Assembly (NCBI GenBank): GCA_030531165.1
Contig: JAUNOI010000002.1
Location: 17,552-81,551 of the forward strand
From: Lachnospiraceae bacterium
Lineage (GTDB): Bacteria > Bacillota > Clostridia > Lachnospirales > Lachnospiraceae
Length of the DNA: 64,000 nt
Direction of reading: 5' to 3'
In this document: one piece after another, positions 60,057 to 64,000 of the stretch
Position numbering within the stretch: position 1 is the first letter of the stretch
Layout of the letters: each line of letters starts with the position of its first letter
Position numbers and translations under genes: made by a program
The notes under the pieces: model-generated
Database searches by the model: none
Seen by the model: only the letters and a program-made list of their open reading frames with translations
Told to the model about the DNA's origin: nothing

Positions 60057-61799
60057 CTACCAGTAATAGTTTTCTAACGCTTCTGTTCCTTCTGCACCAG
60101 AACTGATACGAATTGCATTTGAAACATTGTATACAAAAATCTTACCATCGCCGGCATGACCTGTATAAAGCGCTTTCTTCGCTGCATCAATAACCTTTTG
60201 TGGATCAGTTTTTGCTACCACAATATCGACCTGAATCTTTGGAATCAGATTCATATCCATTTCAACACCACGGTACTTGCTGACCCTGCCGTGCTGTACG
60301 CCGCAGCCAAGTACATTCGTAACTGTCATTCCGGTAATACCAATCTTCGTCATTGCTTCATTTAATGCATCAAAACGACTCTGTTTTGCATAGATCGTAA
60401 TCTTCGTCAAAGGTACATCGCTGTCTGTTGCAGTTGGTGCAGCAGTACGCACCTGAACCGGAACTGCATCATCAACCGGAACTGCATTTTCAGGTAATTC
60501 TGCTGAAATACCGGACGAGAAGTTGTTGATATTTGAAGCAAGCGCAAAGTCTGCATAAGCACTTGCAAGATCATGTTCTGTAATATCCAGACCTAAGATT
60601 TCTTCTTCTTCCTCTACACGAAGTCCAATGACTGCTTTAATAACGAAAAATGAAATTGTAATTGTAATTGCTGCCCATGCCATAACAGAAATCAGTCCAA
60701 CAAGCTGGATACCTAATAATTTGAATCCGCCGCCATAGAATAAACCGACTAATCCACTTTCCGGAGCTGTATTAGTTGCAAATAATCCAACTGCAATGGT
60801 TCCCCAAATACCATTCATAAAATGAACAGCTACCGCACCTACCGGATCATCAACATGTAATTTGTAATCTAATAACCATACGCCGAATACAACTAAGACA
60901 CCTGCTACCGCACCGATCACTGCTGCTCCGACACAGTCTGTGACGTCACAAGGAGCTGTAATTGCTACCAGACCTGCTAACGAAGCATTCAAACACATGG
61001 ATACATCAGGAGCACCGTATTTTACCCATGTAAAAATCATACATACAACGGTTGCTACTGCAGGAGCAACTGTCGTTGTTAAAAAGATAGAACCAAGCTG
61101 TGGAACGGTTGTTGCTGCTGCGCCGTTAAATCCATACCAGCCAAGCCATAAGATAAAACAGCCTAACGCACCAATCGGAAGATTGTGTCCTGGAATTGCA
61201 TTTACTTTTGTTACTTTTCCATTCCGATCCGTTGAGAACTTACCAATACGAGGTCCAAGTATTTTTGCACCGATCAATGCACAGGTACCACCAACCATGT
61301 GGATCGCACAGGAACCTGCAAAATCATGGAATCCCATCTGAGCTAACCAGCCGCCGCCCCAGATCCAGTGAGCTTCAATCGGATAAATAAAAGCTGAAAT
61401 AACTGCCGAATAAACACAGTAAGATAAGAATTTTGTTCTTTCAGCCATCGCACCGGATACGATCGTAGCTGTTGTTGCACAGAATACCAGGTTAAATACA
61501 AATCCTGAGAAATCGAAATTTGCATAGTTTGTAATTACATCAAAGCCAGGTTTCCCAAGAAATCCCATGAAATCTTCCCCTAATAACAGAGAATAACCAA
61601 TCAGAATGAACATAACAGTACCTATACAAAAGTCCATCAAGTTCTTCATCAAAATATTTCCTGCATTTTTCGCTCTGGTAAAACCTGCTTCTACCATTGC
61701 AAATCCGGCCTGCATCCAGAATACCAGTGCAGCACCGATTAAAAACCAAACGCTAAAGACGTTTTCTGATACGATTGCCATTACATCATTTGCTGTCAT
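60057..61799 (-). CDS. amt: Ammonium transporter Amt with C-terminally fused PII (GlnB/GlnK-like) domain
   Basis: DFAGS..IH..GG and DDP.GA..VH (twin His), LW.GWYGFN; C-terminal GITGMTV..V.G.G.Q.G...YRG...PK, TG..GDGKIFV, IRI.SG. Confidence 0.92.
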   Translation of the reverse strand: MTANDVMAIVSENVFSVWFLIGAALVFWMQAGFAMVEAGFTRAKNAGNILMKNLMDFCIGTVMFILIGYSLLLGEDFMGFLGKPGFDVITNYANFDFSGFVFNLVFCATTATIVSGAMAERTKFLSYCVYSAVISAFIYPIEAHWIWGGGWLAQMGFHDFAGSCAIHMVGGTCALIGAKILGPRIGKFSTDRNGKVTKVNAIPGHNLPIGALGCFILWLGWYGFNGAAATTVPQLGSIFLTTTVAPAVATVVCMIFTWVKYGAPDVSMCLNASLAGLVAITAPCDVTDCVGAAVIGAVAGVLVVFGVWLLDYKLHVDDPVGAVAVHFMNGIWGTIAVGLFATNTAPESGLVGLFYGGGFKLLGIQLVGLISVMAWAAITITISFFVIKAVIGLRVEEEEEILGLDITEHDLASAYADFALASNINNFSSGISAELPENAVPVDDAVPVQVRTAAPTATDSDVPLTKITIYAKQSRFDALNEAMTKIGITGMTVTNVLGCGVQHGRVSKYRGVEMDMNLIPKIQVDIVVAKTDPQKVIDAAKKALYTGHAGDGKIFVYNVSNAIRISSGAEGTEALENYYW

Positions 61800-61819
61800 A
61801 AATATAATCCTCCTTTTTC

Positions 61820-61995
61820 AAAAGAAAAGGCGCGTCACCTGCTGCTAGCTTACAGATGACACGCCTTTGTGCCTTTTTTACAAAGTCTTTATGTACCTTT
61901 TTATACATAAAAAAATGGCACTGAGTGGAATTTCATCCTTCAGCGCCATTGCCTTTGATATTCGGTATCATACAAAATGCATTTTCAAATGTCAA
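61820..61995 (-). promoter_or_regulatory. amt promoter and leader with two tandem terminators, each overlapped by an ANTAR-type hexaloop hairpin
   Basis: TTGACA(61990-95)-17-TATGAT(61967-72); GGC-AATGGC-GCT overlapping terminator 61909-61950; GCAC-AAAGGC-GTGT overlapping terminator 61820-61868. Confidence 0.75.
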
Positions 61996-62071
61996 CTATT
62001 TTTTTATTTTTTTAATAAAATAAACTTTTATAATAAAAATACTTAATTTTATTTGTTTTTATTTGATTCAT

Positions 62072-63130
62072 TTATGATTCTAATTCTTTGTAATCGCCCC
62101 GACAGAAATCCAGTTGATATCCAATCATTTCCATCCGTTTTGACTGGCATATACAGCACTCTGCTGCTTCTTCTCCTGTACAGATTTTATTATCATACAA
62201 TGCATAATCTTTACGGACCATAACCGGAGAAAGATTTGGCATCATGACATTTGCCCCTGCTAAGATCCCCTTTTCTCTTCCTTTTGGATCGATCGTGCCG
62301 AGCGCTGTCGTAGCAGGTAAAAGTACATTGGGCTTCATAATGCGAATCAGACTCAACAGGAATGTCGTAAGTTCAACAGTCCCGGCAGGCTTATCCCTGA
62401 ACTGAGTATCATGATGAGGGATAAATGGACCGATTCCCACCATATGAGGATCTAACTCTTTTATAAATAACAGATCTTCCGCAAGGTGTTCCATTGTCTG
62501 ATAAGGAGAACCAACCATAAATCCTGTCCCGACTGCATATCCGATCTTCTTCATATCACGAAGACATTGCTTTCGATATTCAAGCGACATACTGTCCGGA
62601 TGCAACAACCGATAATGTTCCTCATTCGCAGTTTCATGACGCAGCAAATAACGGTCTGCTCCTGCATCAAAAAGTCTCTGATATCTGTCATAATCTAATT
62701 CTCCGATTGACAGCGTAATCGCACATTCGGAATACCTTTTATGTATGGAAGCTACAATATCCTCCATCCGTTCAATATGAAAATACGGATCTTCGCCTCC
62801 TTGAAGTACAAAACTCCGATATCCAAGTGCATATCCGTTCTCACAGGCTTTTAGTATTTCTTCTTTGCTCAGACGATACCGTTTGACATTTCGGTTTGCA
62901 GCCCGGATTCCACAGTAATAGCAATTATTTTTACAATAATTTGTAAATTCTATCAGTCCTCTCGGATAGATCGATCTGCCGTAATACCGGTTACCCAGAT
63001 CACGGGCAATTGCGGCAGCATCTTCACGCACTTCTTCTCTATGTTCCAGAAGATAGACAAATTCTTCTTTCGATAACCTCTTTTCTTCCCTCAGTTTCTC
63101 CAACAATTTTTTTGCATACATTTTATCCAT
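62072..63130 (-). CDS. hydE: [FeFe]-hydrogenase H-cluster radical SAM maturase HydE-like
   Basis: RGLIEFTNYCKNNCYYCG (CxxxCxxC), VLQGGED, RYLLRHET, GPFIPH..T, GANV.MPN, Y.LY..K. Confidence 0.85.
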   Translation of the reverse strand: MDKMYAKKLLEKLREEKRLSKEEFVYLLEHREEVREDAAAIARDLGNRYYGRSIYPRGLIEFTNYCKNNCYYCGIRAANRNVKRYRLSKEEILKACENGYALGYRSFVLQGGEDPYFHIERMEDIVASIHKRYSECAITLSIGELDYDRYQRLFDAGADRYLLRHETANEEHYRLLHPDSMSLEYRKQCLRDMKKIGYAVGTGFMVGSPYQTMEHLAEDLLFIKELDPHMVGIGPFIPHHDTQFRDKPAGTVELTTFLLSLIRIMKPNVLLPATTALGTIDPKGREKGILAGANVMMPNLSPVMVRKDYALYDNKICTGEEAAECCICQSKRMEMIGYQLDFCRGDYKELES

Positions 63131-63339
63131 ACCTCATTTTTCGTATTGCACTAAGTATACCATATTGATAGGAATTACGGAATATCTTTTTGATTCTGAT
63201 CATCATATTATTTTGTCTGATTTCACTCGTTATGTACAAAAAAGGAAACTTGTATTGACTTTCCAATTGTGCTAGAATGACAGATAAATGCGTTTATAAC
63301 AAATAATGAATGACTTTTTAATAGAAGGAGTGTATTTAA

Positions 63340-64000
63340 GTGATTACATCCAGAGAAGATATTAGAAACGTAGCAATTATTGCCCACGTTGACCACGGCA
63401 AAACAACTCTCGTCGATGAAATGTTAAAACAAAGCGGCATCTTCCGTGAAAATCAGGAAGTTGCGGAACGCGTAATGGATTCCAATGATATCGAACGGGA
63501 ACGCGGTATTACTATTTTATCCAAAAATACAGCCATTACTTATAACGGAGTAAAAATTAATATTGTAGATACACCAGGGCATGCCGATTTTGGAGGCGAA
63601 GTAGAACGCGTCTTAAAGATGGTAGATGGTGTTATCCTCGTTGTCGACGCTTTTGAAGGTCCGATGCCTCAGACAAAATTTGTCACAAAAAAAGCTTTAG
63701 AATTAAACCTTCCGCTTATCGTCTGTGTCAATAAAATTGATCGTCCGGAAGCACGTTCCGAAGAAGTCGAAGACGAAGTCCTGGAATTACTGCTGGAATT
63801 AGATGCAGATGATGAGCAGTTAGAATGTCCATTTGTCTATGCTTCCGCTAAGTCCGGAGTTGCAGGATTAAACCTCGATGATGAAATGACCGATATGAAA
63901 CCATTATTACAGACGATCATTGACCATATACCGGCTCCAACCGGCGATCCGGAAGCTGAGACACAGGTCCTGATCAGCACGATCGATTATAACGAATATG
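63340..64000 (+). CDS. typA: Translational GTPase TypA/BipA (3'-truncated; missing from the ORF track)
   Basis: GTG start after GAAGGAG; [58 protein letters not shown]. Confidence 0.95.
   Translation, partial: MITSREDIRNVAIIAHVDHGKTTLVDEMLKQSGIFRENQEVAERVMDSNDIERERGITILSKNTAITYNGVKINIVDTPGHADFGGEVERVLKMVDGVILVVDAFEGPMPQTKFVTKKALELNLPLIVCVNKIDRPEARSEEVEDEVLELLLELDADDEQLECPFVYASAKSGVAGLNLDDEMTDMKPLLQTIIDHIPAPTGDPEAETQVLISTIDYNEY

Noticed and set aside
1-64000. CRISPR array, prophage, integrase/transposase, defence island, rRNA/tRNA
   Set aside because: No repeat-spacer periodicity, mobile-element proteins or structural RNA signatures seen; almost all space is filled by recognisable core genes

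Overview
Core-chromosome segment of a low-GC, spore-forming Clostridia bacterium (Lachnospiraceae-like; inferred from gene content). It is densely coding and mostly on the minus strand. Contents in order: 3' part of the riboflavin operon (ribD-ribE-ribBA-ribH) plus a coupled HAD phosphatase; a COG2984-type amino-acid ABC transporter; a queA-RpiR-flavoprotein-cmk-ispH/rpsA operon; T-box-controlled pheST; a GntR/G1P-dehydrogenase-like/DerI-like mini-operon; spoIIGA-sigE with an inverted sigG; the dcw cluster (mraZ to ftsZ); lgt; ychF; a carA-carB-glnA-ANTAR operon; queH; a SleC-like cortex hydrolase; thyA-folA; dapAB; MATE; an Amt-PII fusion; hydE; and the start of typA. I found no rRNA, tRNA, CRISPR array, prophage or intact transposase. 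The most interesting signals are (1) a candidate nitrogen-control circuit: a pseudo-receiver ANTAR protein behind glnA, and an amt-PII fusion whose leader holds two tandem terminators each overlapped by an ANTAR-type hexaloop; (2) a candidate tetritol-phosphate module; (3) an internal start for S1 inside the IspH-S1 fusion; and (4) several readable operators. All calls come from reading the sequence and recalled family motifs; no searches were run.
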